In this document: piece after piece, positions 37,987 through 48,279 of the stretch
How positions within the stretch are numbered: position 1 is the first letter of the stretch
How the letters are laid out: each line of letters begins with the position of its first letter
Assembly: GCA_964619725.1 (NCBI GenBank)
Contig: CAZUFC010000017.1
Coordinates: 21,708-85,707 of the forward strand
Direction: 5' to 3'
DNA: 64,000 nt
DNA from: an uncultured bacterium
GTDB lineage: Bacteria; CSSED10-310; CAZUFC01
Translations under genes and position numbers: made by a program
The notes under the pieces: model-generated
Database searches by the model: none
What the model saw: the letters and a program-made list of their open reading frames with translations, nothing else
Told to the model about the DNA's origin: nothing

Positions 37987-39261
37987 ATGAATCCTGTTTC
38001 TTTACAAAACCTGATAGTAATTATAAGTCTAATCGGGTTATCTGCGTTTTTTTCAGGTTCGGAAACCGCATTTTTTTCTCTGAGCCGCTGGAAGATCGCC
38101 ATATTCCGAAAAAAGCGGCTTCCCTATGCCGAACGGCTTCACCGGCTGGTGTCAAAGCCGCGAAGACTGCTGATCACCATACTTTTATGCAATAATCTGG
38201 TTAACATAGCAGCGACGTCGTTGACCGAACGTTTTTTCGAGACAAAACTGCCTCAACTGGGCGTAATCGGTTCCATTGTATTCATGACGGTAATGCTGTT
38301 GCTGTTCGGCGAAATAACCCCCAAAGTAATAGCGGTAAACGAACCGGAGCGTTTTGCGGTCAAGGCTTCCCGGCCGATCGCTTTTTTTACGGCGCTGTTT
38401 TCGCCGTTTCGTTATTTCTTTGAACAGATAATACGGATTACCGATAAACTTTTGATGCGGACCGAAGCGACGAAAGATTATTTCGTCTCGGAAGCTGAAT
38501 TGAAGTCGCTTATCCGATTGGTTCAGAAGAAGGGGCTGATACAGCAGAAAACGGGAGATTTCATCGAAAGCTTATTCACCCTGAAGGATACGCCGGTAAA
38601 AGCGGTCATGACGCCAAGGACCGACATGGCTTTAATGTCGTCGGGAACGACCATTCAGCAGGCCGTTCAATTTTACAGGAAGAAGCCTTTTTCGCGTATT
38701 CCGGTATACAAGACGAGAAGAGAAGAAATCGTGGGCATATTATACGCAAAGGACCTTTTAGAGTATCATTACGGACTGAAAAAAGGCTCTAAAATCAAAC
38801 CTTTGCTCCATTCGCCGCATTTTGTTCCGGAAACTAAAAGCGCCAAAGCGCTTCTGAAAGAGATGATGAGGTTAAAAATTCAAATAGCGATAGCAGTGGA
38901 TGAGCATGGGGGAACGGCAGGCATGGTGACTCTGGACGATCTGCTGGAGGAGATGGTGGGCGATATTTCGCAGCCGTCCAACCAATCGTTGATCAAGACA
39001 TTGCCCGGCGGACAGTCGCTTATCGACGGCCGGACGCCCATCAGCATTTTCAACCGGTATTTCAACGCATCTTTGAAGTCCGAAGAATATTACACGATAG
39101 GGGGAGTGCTTCTTGACAATTTCGGCCGTTTGCCGAACAAACAGGAAAGCATTGAAATTGGAAACTTGCGGATTTGGGTGGTAGACGTCCAGGGAGCCAA
39201 AATAACCAGGGTCCTGGTTGAACCGATAAATCCGGAAATCAACGAGGGAACGAAAAATTAA
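37987..39261 (+). CDS. CNNM/HlyC (DUF21-CBS-CorC) membrane protein
   Basis: SAFFSGSETA, NNLVN, FGEITPK, VMTPR, FSRIPVY and VDEHGG. Confidence 0.92.
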   Translation: MNPVSLQNLIVIISLIGLSAFFSGSETAFFSLSRWKIAIFRKKRLPYAERLHRLVSKPRRLLITILLCNNLVNIAATSLTERFFETKLPQLGVIGSIVFMTVMLLLFGEITPKVIAVNEPERFAVKASRPIAFFTALFSPFRYFFEQIIRITDKLLMRTEATKDYFVSEAELKSLIRLVQKKGLIQQKTGDFIESLFTLKDTPVKAVMTPRTDMALMSSGTTIQQAVQFYRKKPFSRIPVYKTRREEIVGILYAKDLLEYHYGLKKGSKIKPLLHSPHFVPETKSAKALLKEMMRLKIQIAIAVDEHGGTAGMVTLDDLLEEMVGDISQPSNQSLIKTLPGGQSLIDGRTPISIFNRYFNASLKSEEYYTIGGVLLDNFGRLPNKQESIEIGNLRIWVVDVQGAKITRVLVEPINPEINEGTKN

Positions 39262-39302
39262 CATTGACGCCAGGAGAATGCGACCGTAAATGATTTAAGG
39301 AT

Positions 39303-40565
39303 ATGGAATCTTTTTTGATCGGGATAATAATTATTGCTTTTTCGCTGTTTTTTTCTGCTTTCTTTTCCGGCAGTGAAACCGGTCTTATAACCTGCAACAG
39401 GATAAGGGTTCAAATATCGGCTGATAAGGGTTCCGCCGCCGCCAAAACGCTGTTGCGATTGTTAAACAACCAGGAAAAAACGATCGTTTTCATACTCATC
39501 GGCAACAACATCGCCAACGTTACCGGCGCTGCCGTCGCCACAGCATTTCTCTTCCGATGGCTGAGCTTCAATCCCCTTCAAACTACTCTCATCATGACTC
39601 CCCTCTTCCTGATATTCGGTGAAATATTACCCAAAGCTCTTTTCGTCTCTAATCCCGAAAAACTCGCCATGACCGTCGCGCTTCCCCTCGAAATGATTTC
39701 ATACATCCTGAAACCCCTTACGGAATTGTTCTCATATTTAACCAAAATACTGCACAAAACTTTCAGAAGAAGCGCCAGGCAGGGACCGACAACTTTAACG
39801 AAGGAAGAATTAAAGATGATGGTCGAAATGTCGAAAAGGAATTCCGATATTCCCGACGATGAACGCTTAATCGTAACGCGCCTGTTTGAATTTACGGAAA
39901 AAGTCGTTCGGGAAGCCATGATACCGCTGGTCAACGTGACCGCCCTGTCACTGGAATCCTCCACCGTAGACGTGGTTAGAAGCATGAAAAGAACGGGGTA
40001 TTCCCGTATTCCCGTCTACAGGGACCGAATAGACAATATGATCGGTATCGTCAATGCCGACGATCTTCTGATTTCTTCTGAAACGCAAAAGGATATTTCC
40101 GATCTTATCCGTAAAGCTCCCTACGTTCCCGAACTGCAGGAAGTGGATAGAGCATTGACGGATTTTCAAAAACAGGGAGCTTCCTTTGCATTCGTTGTGG
40201 ACGAATACGGCGCAGTAAGCGGAATCATCACCATTGAGGATTTACTGGAGGAGGTACTCGGAGAAATTCATGATGAATATGATCCTCCTGCGCCCAGTAA
40301 ACTCAAACAATTGCAAAAAAACATGTGGTCCGCTGACGCGAGTATTGAAATTGAAGCCTTGAACGAAGCGTTACCCGCTAAAATCATCAAAGGTGACTAT
40401 GAAACCCTGGCAGGATTTCTCCTGTCTCTCATCAGACGCATACCCGCTCCCGGCGAAATAATACACAGCAATCCCTTTACTTTTACTATAATCCATTCTG
40501 ACGAAAAAAGAATAAAAAAGGTCAGGATACTTCTGGCGCCTTCTACAGAACGGACTGCTCCCTAG
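39303..40565 (+). CDS. CNNM/HlyC (DUF21-CBS-CorC) membrane protein, second paralog
   Basis: SAFFSGSETG, GNNIAN, FGEILPK, YSRIPVY, VDEYG and EIHDEYD. Confidence 0.92.
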   Translation: MESFLIGIIIIAFSLFFSAFFSGSETGLITCNRIRVQISADKGSAAAKTLLRLLNNQEKTIVFILIGNNIANVTGAAVATAFLFRWLSFNPLQTTLIMTPLFLIFGEILPKALFVSNPEKLAMTVALPLEMISYILKPLTELFSYLTKILHKTFRRSARQGPTTLTKEELKMMVEMSKRNSDIPDDERLIVTRLFEFTEKVVREAMIPLVNVTALSLESSTVDVVRSMKRTGYSRIPVYRDRIDNMIGIVNADDLLISSETQKDISDLIRKAPYVPELQEVDRALTDFQKQGASFAFVVDEYGAVSGIITIEDLLEEVLGEIHDEYDPPAPSKLKQLQKNMWSADASIEIEALNEALPAKIIKGDYETLAGFLLSLIRRIPAPGEIIHSNPFTFTIIHSDEKRIKKVRILLAPSTERTAP

Positions 40566-40701
40566 CGCCCGTCCATAATGAAGAGTATTGTGTTTGGAGC
40601 GCTCACTTAATACTCCATCAGCGTAAATTTCAAAGTTCAGTTTTGAAGTTGAGTTGAGGTCTAAAGAGAGGTGGGCGTGAGCATTCCAAACACATCAGAA
40701 T

Positions 40702-40730
40702 TTGACATAATTTCATAAATTTTTTATGAT
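40702..40730 (+). promoter_or_regulatory. vapBC promoter with overlapping operator
   Basis: TTGACA-N17-TATGAT; the inverted repeat TCATAAA-N3-TTTATGA overlaps the spacer and -10. Confidence 0.72.
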
Positions 40731-40751
40731 AATATGCGAAAGGAGGATCGA

Positions 40752-40994
40752 ATGACGAAAAGAACGACCGTCGTTATAGAAGAGGAATTACTGGCAGCGG
40801 TGAAGGAATTTGCTGCCGACAAGGGTTGGAGCCTTAGTAAAGCCGTGGCCGAATTGGTTAAGATCGGTATGAATCGTCCGAAAGAAGCTGAAAACTATGC
40901 TTTTACCTGGCGAACATTCAGGGGTAAAACCGCGCCCGGTCTTGACATTGACGACAGGGACAAGCTGTATGACATGATGGAAGGGGAAAAATGA
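40752..40994 (+). CDS. vapB: Ribbon-helix-helix antitoxin (VapB-like)
   Basis: KRTTVVIEEELLAAVK..A.....LSKAV.EL; AGGAGG RBS; ATGA overlap with the PIN gene. Confidence 0.82.
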   Translation: MTKRTTVVIEEELLAAVKEFAADKGWSLSKAVAELVKIGMNRPKEAENYAFTWRTFRGKTAPGLDIDDRDKLYDMMEGEK

Positions 40995-41431
40995 AAACCA
41001 TTGATACGAATATTCTTGTTTATGGTCATCGAGAAGAATTCGACAGACATAATAAGGCATTATCGTTAATCAAAGAACTTTGTGAGGGAGATGAGCCGAT
41101 CATTATTTTGTGGCCCTGCATATATGAATTTTTAAGGATAGTAACTCATTCCAGACTGTTTTATCCTCCGACGCCCTTGAGCCTGGCATTGGAAGCGATC
41201 GAGGGTATTTTGAATTCTCCCTGCATTATAACCGTTGGAGAAACCAGGCGACATATAACATGTTTAAATGAAATGACGTCAAAAGGAAGCTGCAAAGGCA
41301 ACCTGGTTTTTGATGCTCATATTGCAGCGTTAATGAAGGAGCACGGAATAGATGAGATACTGACGACAGACAAGGATTTTCATCGTTTTCCGGGTTTGAC
41401 CGTCACTGATCCATTTCAGAGCGGGGATTAG
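40991..41431 (+). CDS. vapC: PIN-domain toxin (VapC-like)
   Basis: IDTNILVY, EFLRIVTH, GNLVFDAHIAA and TTDKDFHRF. Confidence 0.9.
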   Translation: MKTIDTNILVYGHREEFDRHNKALSLIKELCEGDEPIIILWPCIYEFLRIVTHSRLFYPPTPLSLALEAIEGILNSPCIITVGETRRHITCLNEMTSKGSCKGNLVFDAHIAALMKEHGIDEILTTDKDFHRFPGLTVTDPFQSGD

Positions 41432-41555
41432 TCGACGAATCTTCGGCATGACTTTCCGGCTCGGCGGATTGACACAGAACGTTTTTGATTGATAGAGTTT
41501 TCCAGCTTTTTCTTTTAAGCATGAACCTTGAGAAAAGAGGGCTGCAAGAGTAATA

Positions 41556-43382
41556 ATGAAAGCATGCACAAATATACTGAAAGCAGCGCTGCCGGTTTTT
41601 TGCATTTTATCGATATGCTGCGGCCAGAGCCCCGGTTCGGGGGGTACTTCTTCCGGCGGGCTTTCCGAAGTTAAAGGGAACGTCGTCAACGGTTCATGGA
41701 CTGCGGATTTAAAAGGTTTCGATCCTGTGGACGGCGGCGACACTTATTCCGGTCAGGCCATAAACATGGTGTACGAGGGATTGATGCAATATCATTATCT
41801 CAAGCGGCCCTTCCAGGTGGAGCCGTGTCTGGCTGACGGCGAACCGGACATATCGGAAGACCTGAGGGTTTATACTTTTAAAATCAAAAAGGGAGTATTT
41901 TTTATAGACGATGAATGTTTTCCTGCCGGAAAAGGGCGGGAAGCGGCGGCGGAAGATTTCATATTTTCATTTAAACGTATTGCGGACGTAAAAACCAACA
42001 GCACGGGATATTGGATATTCGAGGGTAAAATCAAGGGTCTGGATGATTTCCGGGAACATTCCAAAACCTCTAAGGAAACGGATTACAATCTTCCTATAGA
42101 AGGCCTCCAGGCGCCTGATCCTCATACTTTACAGATAAAACTGACCGAGGCGTATCCGCAACTGCTGTACGTGCTCGCCATGCCTTATACGAAAGCGGTT
42201 CCCCGCGAGGCCGTCGAATATTACGGACAGGAGTTTTTAAACCATCCTGTGGGAACGGGCCCTTATAAACTTTCCGATTGGATTCGCAACTCCAAAGTGA
42301 TCTTCACGCGAAACGAAGCGTACCGTGACGATTATTATCCTTCTGAAGGAGGCCCCGGGGACCGGGAACGAGGATTACTGTCTGATGCGGGCAAGAAAAT
42401 ACCTTTTACGGATCAGGTGGTGATTCACATCATGGTGGAAAGTCAACCCCGCTGGTTGAATTTCATGACGGGAAGGCTGGATCAGATATCCATACCGAAG
42501 GACAGTTTCGATTTTGCGATTGATGCTTCCAATGAGTTGAAACCGGAAGTTCTGGAGAAGGGGATCGAGTTATTTACGGAGCCCAGCCTGGACCTTACAT
42601 ATATGGGCTTCAACATGGAGGACCCTGTTCTGGGGTATCCTAATCCGAAAAGCAAACTGATCAGACAGGCTATGAGTCTCGCCTACTACACCAAGATACG
42701 AATCAAGCTGTTAAGAAACGATGCCTGGGCTGTTAAAGCCTGGAATCCGTTGCCTCCGGGAATGCCCGGATATGAATCTTATCCTCGCAGCGCTTATAAA
42801 GTATTCGATCCTGACCGGGCGCGTAAGCTTCTGGCCGAAGCAGGATATCCCGAAGGAAAAGGGCTGCCCGTGCTGACTTATGAGAATTCGGGTAATGATA
42901 CGACAGCCCGGCAATTTGCTGAACTATTCGCTGATATGATGAAACAGATCGGCATCAGGATTAAAATAAACGCCAATACCTGGCCCGAATTCGACGACAA
43001 AGTGAAAAACGCCCGAGCCCAGATGTTCGGGATGGCCTGGGGCGCCGATTATCCCGATCCTGAAAATTTCCTGCAGCTTTTCTACGGACCGAATTCATCT
43101 CCCGGACCCAACGGATGCAATTACAAGAATCCTGAATATGACAGGCTCTATGAAAAAATGGCGGGAATGTCCGATTCCCCCGAAAGGCGGGCGATCATCG
43201 CTGAAATGATTAAGATCGTCAATGAAGATTGCCCCATGATATATATGGACCATCGTCTGATCTATTCGCTGAAGCAAGCCTGGCTGGAAAATTACAAGTT
43301 CCATGACATTCAGAGCGCTCAATACAAATATTATAAGGTCGATCAGGAGCTGAAAAGCAGATTGTTGAAAGAGGTTTTTTAA
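41556..43382 (+). CDS. Peptide/nickel ABC transporter substrate-binding lipoprotein (family 5)
   Basis: Lipobox-like SICC; FDP, VYEGL, PVGTGPY and WGADYPDPENF. Confidence 0.92.
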   Translation: MKACTNILKAALPVFCILSICCGQSPGSGGTSSGGLSEVKGNVVNGSWTADLKGFDPVDGGDTYSGQAINMVYEGLMQYHYLKRPFQVEPCLADGEPDISEDLRVYTFKIKKGVFFIDDECFPAGKGREAAAEDFIFSFKRIADVKTNSTGYWIFEGKIKGLDDFREHSKTSKETDYNLPIEGLQAPDPHTLQIKLTEAYPQLLYVLAMPYTKAVPREAVEYYGQEFLNHPVGTGPYKLSDWIRNSKVIFTRNEAYRDDYYPSEGGPGDRERGLLSDAGKKIPFTDQVVIHIMVESQPRWLNFMTGRLDQISIPKDSFDFAIDASNELKPEVLEKGIELFTEPSLDLTYMGFNMEDPVLGYPNPKSKLIRQAMSLAYYTKIRIKLLRNDAWAVKAWNPLPPGMPGYESYPRSAYKVFDPDRARKLLAEAGYPEGKGLPVLTYENSGNDTTARQFAELFADMMKQIGIRIKINANTWPEFDDKVKNARAQMFGMAWGADYPDPENFLQLFYGPNSSPGPNGCNYKNPEYDRLYEKMAGMSDSPERRAIIAEMIKIVNEDCPMIYMDHRLIYSLKQAWLENYKFHDIQSAQYKYYKVDQELKSRLLKEVF

Positions 43383-43383
43383 G

Positions 43384-44316
43384 ATGGGAGCGTACATCAT
43401 AAGGCGAACGTTGTATCTCATTCCCACCGTATTGGGGGTAGCTCTCGTTGTTTTCTTCATCTTCAACGTGGTCGGCGGCAACCCGGTCTATCGCATCCTG
43501 GGTCCTCACGCTACCCAGGAAGCTATCGAATCCATGGAGCATCAACTGGGGCTGGACAAACCGCTTCATTTCCAGTTCATCGAATACATTAAAAACATCG
43601 TAACATTGGATTTCGGCAGGTCCTGGAAAACCCGGCAAACTATCGCCTCAATGGTCGCCGACGGAATCATTCCTTCTCTTTCTTTGACCCTACCGGCTTT
43701 CATGATCGCCACTCTTGCCTCCATAGGCGTTTCGCTCTTCTGCGCTTTTTACAGAAACAGCCTCTCTGACAGAATAATCGTCATCCTTTCCGTAGCCGCC
43801 ATGAGCATTTCTTCACTCGCCTATATCATCTTCGGACAGTATTTCCTGGCTTACAAACTCAATCTCTTCCCCATATCGGGTTATACCGCGGGAATTCAGG
43901 CCGTGCGTTATCTTCTGCTCCCTATTATCATTTATGTGCTTCTGACGATGGGCCCGGACGTCAGACTTTACCGAACCATCATACTCGATGAAATAAATAT
44001 GGATTACGTAAGAACCGCTTATTCAAAAGGATTGACCAAAAAACGAGTCATGTTCAAGCATGTTTTGAAAAACGCCCTGATACCGATCATCACCCAGGTC
44101 GTAGTCATTATTCCTTTTCTTTTTACCGGTTCCCTTCTGCTTGAAAATTTTTTCGGCATTCCGGGATTGGGCAACATGATGGTAAATGCCATCTTCAATG
44201 AAGACAGGCCCGTAATGCAAGCCATGACGTTCATTTTTTCAGTTATTTTCGTTCTTGCAAACCTCATATCAGATATCTGCTACACGCTGGTCGATCCCAG
44301 AGTAAGATTAAAATAA
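43384..44316 (+). CDS. Peptide ABC transporter permease (OppB/DppB-like)
   Basis: YIIRR, LGLDKP, DYVRTAYSKGL, KHVLKNA and DPRVR. Confidence 0.93.
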   Translation: MGAYIIRRTLYLIPTVLGVALVVFFIFNVVGGNPVYRILGPHATQEAIESMEHQLGLDKPLHFQFIEYIKNIVTLDFGRSWKTRQTIASMVADGIIPSLSLTLPAFMIATLASIGVSLFCAFYRNSLSDRIIVILSVAAMSISSLAYIIFGQYFLAYKLNLFPISGYTAGIQAVRYLLLPIIIYVLLTMGPDVRLYRTIILDEINMDYVRTAYSKGLTKKRVMFKHVLKNALIPIITQVVVIIPFLFTGSLLLENFFGIPGLGNMMVNAIFNEDRPVMQAMTFIFSVIFVLANLISDICYTLVDPRVRLK

Positions 44317-45221
44317 TGAAAGATGAATCCCAGAATAAAACGTTAAATGGTCTCACTTCTTCCGCAAAAAAACCTGGAAATTCATTATGGTCCGATGCTG
44401 TTCGCAGGCTGAAAAAAGACAAAATAGCCATGGTAAGTTTCGTCGTTATACTTTTTTATACTCTGACAGCTCTCGGCGCGCTTCTCGGCTGGATCGCCCC
44501 TGATTACACGAAAACAAATTATGATGATGCCTATGAAAATCCCTCACTTGAACATATCTTCGGCACCGACATCTTCGGACGGGACGTTCTAGCCCGCGTC
44601 ATTCACGGTACAAAAATAGCCATGGGCATAGGACTGATCACCTCCGTCATAGCCATCTTTATCGGCACATCGCTTGGTTCCATCGCCGGCTATTACGGCG
44701 GAAAACTAGACGACGCCATCGTCTGGTTATACTCCATCATATCTTCCATCCCTTCTCTCCTCCTCATTCTCGCTTTGAGCTTCGTGCTCGGAAAAGGCAT
44801 CTTCGCCGTCTTTATGTCCATAGGTCTGACCACCTGGGTGGGCGTATGCCGACTCGTCAGAGGTGAATTCATGAAACACAAGGAAAGAGACTATATTCAG
44901 GCCGCCAAAGCCCTCGGCGCCAGGGACAGCAGCCTCATTTTCAAACATATTCTCCCCAATGTCTTTCATATCCTCATTATTAATTTCACCCTTCAGTTCG
45001 TCTTCGCCATCAAGTCAGAAGTCATCATCAGTTATCTCGGCGTAGGCGTGCAAAGCGAACCGAGCTGGGGAGTCATGATCAGCGATGCCAAACTTGAACT
45101 GACCAGAGGCGTCTGGTGGCAACTCTCCGCCGCTACTATCGCCATGTTTATTATCGTCCTGGCTTTTCAACTGTTCGGCGATGCCCTCCGCGATGCCCTG
45201 GACCCTAAACTGAAAAAATGA
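44316..45221 (+). CDS. Peptide ABC transporter permease (OppC/DppC-like)
   Basis: FGTDIFGRD, YIQAAKALGA, KHILPN, PSWG and GDALRDALDP. Confidence 0.93.
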   Translation: MKDESQNKTLNGLTSSAKKPGNSLWSDAVRRLKKDKIAMVSFVVILFYTLTALGALLGWIAPDYTKTNYDDAYENPSLEHIFGTDIFGRDVLARVIHGTKIAMGIGLITSVIAIFIGTSLGSIAGYYGGKLDDAIVWLYSIISSIPSLLLILALSFVLGKGIFAVFMSIGLTTWVGVCRLVRGEFMKHKERDYIQAAKALGARDSSLIFKHILPNVFHILIINFTLQFVFAIKSEVIISYLGVGVQSEPSWGVMISDAKLELTRGVWWQLSAATIAMFIIVLAFQLFGDALRDALDPKLKK

Positions 45222-45459
45222 TTGTTCAATGTTCCTGGAAATATTTGCAGGGCGCTATTGATATTTTAAGCCGTTTGTATACATTATAGGAGAAAGTCGG
45301 AATGCCGAAAAAGCGTATCCCGCCGGCTTCCGGCTCGCAATGAAATGAAAACGATCAACAGCAGCAATGACATTTTTCAAAGTCGCTTGTCAGAATCGTT
45401 GATCTTATGCCTTTTTTCCCTTTTTTCGGCTGAATTGCGGTTTTGAGGAGGAACAGAAG

Positions 45460-46857
45460 TTGTACTCGGCTCATATACTTGTCGTTGATGATGAAGCGGT
45501 CGTGCGAAAAGGCGTCAAAAAAATACTGGAGCGCAAAGGACATCATGTGGAAACAGCCGAAAACGGTAATGCTGCCCTGGACAGCCTTGAACAGAACGGC
45601 TTCGATCTTATCATCACTGACCTGAAAATGCCCGACATGGACGGAATTCAGCTTCTGAAAATAATCAAAGAAAAACATGCCGACATCAGCATTATGATGA
45701 TAACAGGATATTCTACGGTACAGTCAGCAGTAGAATCCATGAAACTCGGCGCCGTCGATTACATTGAAAAACCCTTTACGCCGGAAGACCTGACGGACAG
45801 AGTCAATTCCGCTCTCAGAAAACGGATAACTTCCGGTGATTATTTCAGGACTAAAAGCATTGCTAAAAGAAAAAAATTCCCCTATATCATCGGCGAAAGC
45901 AAAAAATTGAAAGAAGTCTTCGATCTTATCGAAAAGACTGCCGTTACTTCCGCTACCGTGCTTATTACAGGAGAAAGCGGCACAGGGAAAGAGCTCGTTG
46001 CGAAAGCCATTCACAGTTGCAGCAAAAGAGCCGATAAGAAATTTATTGCTGTCGATTGTGGTGTATTTACCCCCGAATTGCTTGCTGACGAACTTTTCGG
46101 GCATATTAAAGGCTCTTTTACCGGCGCCGTATCCACTAAAAAAGGCGTCTTTGAAATCGCAGACGGCGGTACCATCTTCTTCGACGAAATCGCCAATATG
46201 GACTTGAATACTCAAACGAAACTGTTGAGGGTCCTTCAGGAAAGAGAATTCGTTCCGGTTGGGGGAACCGAACCCAAAAAAGTCAACGTCAGGCTGATCA
46301 CAGCTACAAATAAAAACCTGAAAAAACTCGTCGCCGAAGATAAATTCCGGGAAGACCTCTTCTACAGAATCTACGTCGTTCCCATTAATGTCCCGCCCCT
46401 GCGTGAAAGAAAAGAAGACATCCCCCTGCTTGCTTACCACTTCGTAAGAAAATTCTCCGTCGAAGGAGAAGAACCCATCACCATTTCCGAGGGCGCTCTT
46501 AATAAAATGATGAATTATGAGTGGCCCGGAAACGTCAGACAACTGGAAAACATGATCCAGAGAGCCATCATATTAGCCGAAAAAAACATTATCAAACCCG
46601 AACATCTGCCTATCGTTACTCAAACCGGCGAAGCTCCGGAACCCATCGATTCCATTCCCCGAACCAGCGAAGAACTTAAAGAAGTCAAGAAAAAATATCG
46701 ACACAAAGCTGTGGAAAAAATTGAAAAAAATTTCGTGACTAAAGCCCTCAATGATAACGACTGGAACATCACTAAAGCTGCAGGCGCGGTCGGCATGCAA
46801 CGACCTAACTTCCACGCCCTTATGAGAAAATACGATATAAAGAAAAAAAACGATTGA
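45460..46857 (+). CDS. Sigma-54-dependent response regulator (NtrC family)
   Basis: Receiver (VDDE, TDLKMP, KP); GESGTGKE, GSFTGA, FFDEI, FREDLFYR and WPGNVRQL; Fis-type HTH. TTG start. Confidence 0.95.
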   Translation: MYSAHILVVDDEAVVRKGVKKILERKGHHVETAENGNAALDSLEQNGFDLIITDLKMPDMDGIQLLKIIKEKHADISIMMITGYSTVQSAVESMKLGAVDYIEKPFTPEDLTDRVNSALRKRITSGDYFRTKSIAKRKKFPYIIGESKKLKEVFDLIEKTAVTSATVLITGESGTGKELVAKAIHSCSKRADKKFIAVDCGVFTPELLADELFGHIKGSFTGAVSTKKGVFEIADGGTIFFDEIANMDLNTQTKLLRVLQEREFVPVGGTEPKKVNVRLITATNKNLKKLVAEDKFREDLFYRIYVVPINVPPLRERKEDIPLLAYHFVRKFSVEGEEPITISEGALNKMMNYEWPGNVRQLENMIQRAIILAEKNIIKPEHLPIVTQTGEAPEPIDSIPRTSEELKEVKKKYRHKAVEKIEKNFVTKALNDNDWNITKAAGAVGMQRPNFHALMRKYDIKKKND

Positions 46858-46993
46858 TTCGACGCCTTACGTGCAGTTCCCTTATACGCATTTCTATAAA
46901 TACTTCAAGCCTTCCCCGCACCCGTATAAGAAAAACATACGAATCCTGCTGATGAAGCCTTTCATCTCATGTTGCGGTGAAAAGAAGGAACTG

Positions 46994-47133
46994 ATCAAAC
47001 CGGGGTTTTACTTCTTTCAAAACATTTGACAGTTAATTTCAGTAATCGGGGTCGGCATCGGTATCGAAATCGAAACAGAATGATGTGAGGTTCTGTCGAA
47101 TTGTAACCTCAAAAGAGGCTTTTTTGATCAATG
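46994..47133. repeat. Dispersed intergenic repeat, copy 2
   Basis: Collinear similarity to 32870-33025, with a shorter internal RTCGRN hexamer run. Confidence 0.8.
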
Positions 47134-47309
47134 CTGAAAAAACAATATTTCAGAAGGAAGCGTATAAAAAAAATATACATTTTTCCTGATGCATTCGCCG
47201 GAAAAATTTCGTATAAAAGTAAAAAGCTTTATTTCTTAATAAGTTAATTTTTATTATACTTTTCGGTTCAGCCGGCGCCGAATTTGATAATAGAAAAGCG
47301 GAGGTTGAA

Positions 47310-48119
47310 ATGAGCGCTTCCGTCAAAGGCAATCGAAATTCAGTATTAATAGTGGACAGCGAGCCGGTGGTATGCAGCAGCGTAAAACATATTCTTGCGG
47401 CGAACGATTTTGACGCGGACGAAGCCTACAATGCGAAAGCGGCGTTGGATTTAATGAGAAAAAAGGCGTACGATGTGGTATTGACGGACATGATGCTGCC
47501 GGGTTACGACGATTTGGAATTTTTACGGACAATCAAGCAGAGTTGGCCTCATGTAAATGTGGTATTGATGGCGCGATATCCCGGCATGAAAACGGCAGTC
47601 AAATCGATCAAGTTAGGTGCGTTTGATTTCATACCTATGCCTTTCACTGCAGAAGAGCTTACGGGAGTGACTTTCAGGGCTGTAAAAAGGAAAGAGCTAA
47701 TCGGGGAGAAGGGAGAAGGCGACTCGGAAGCCGTTCTAAAGCGATCGTGTAAGAAGAAACGATGTTACAGGTTGATGAATCATTCCTGGGTTTCGATGGA
47801 AGATGATGAAATTCTGAAGATAGGTTTAGACGAGGATTATCTTAAGACGACCGGTGAAATCGTAAATTGCGATCTTCCTTTCGAGGGCGACGATGTGGAA
47901 CAGGGAAGAGTGTGTGCGTGTTTAACCGGTAAGGATTTGAAGATACACAAGGTTTGGTCGCCGGTGAGCGGCAAGGTGGTTGAGGCGAACAGGGAATTGA
48001 TAAGAAACCCCTCGCTGGCGAATGAAGAAATAAAAGATGAATTATGGCTCATCAGAGTGATGCCGACGAATCTCCTGGAAGACCTGGAGAGCCTGGTATG
48101 CGAGGCGGACGAGCGATGA
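47310..48119 (+). CDS. Atypical receiver domain fused to a glycine-cleavage-H-like domain
   Basis: Receiver VDSEP / TDMMLP / FIPMPF; C-terminal HSWV...KIG...GEIVNCDLP..GDDVEQG...SPVSGKVVEAN..L..NPSL.N...WL. Confidence 0.85.
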   Translation: MSASVKGNRNSVLIVDSEPVVCSSVKHILAANDFDADEAYNAKAALDLMRKKAYDVVLTDMMLPGYDDLEFLRTIKQSWPHVNVVLMARYPGMKTAVKSIKLGAFDFIPMPFTAEELTGVTFRAVKRKELIGEKGEGDSEAVLKRSCKKKRCYRLMNHSWVSMEDDEILKIGLDEDYLKTTGEIVNCDLPFEGDDVEQGRVCACLTGKDLKIHKVWSPVSGKVVEANRELIRNPSLANEEIKDELWLIRVMPTNLLEDLESLVCEADER

Positions 48120-48193
48120 TTTTTTAGTAAAGAAAATAAAAGGTTGTCCTTGATGAAATCAAGGGCAAATTCCACCCTCCTATTTCCTCCTTA

Positions 48194-48225
48194 TAATCCC
48201 CCTGATTCAGGGGGATTATTTTTTT
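48194..48225 (+). terminator. Intrinsic terminator
   Basis: TAATCCCCCTGA-T-TCAGGGGGATTA followed by a T-run. Confidence 0.7.
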
Positions 48226-48279
48226 GTCTTCGTGTTGAACAATTGATAATATTCGTTTTTCTGACGATCCTGAAAGGAC

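Noticed and set aside
37758-38102. N-terminal extension of PBP1A in the ORF track
   Set aside because: It overlaps the divergent CNNM gene; the TM anchor follows Met at 37757.
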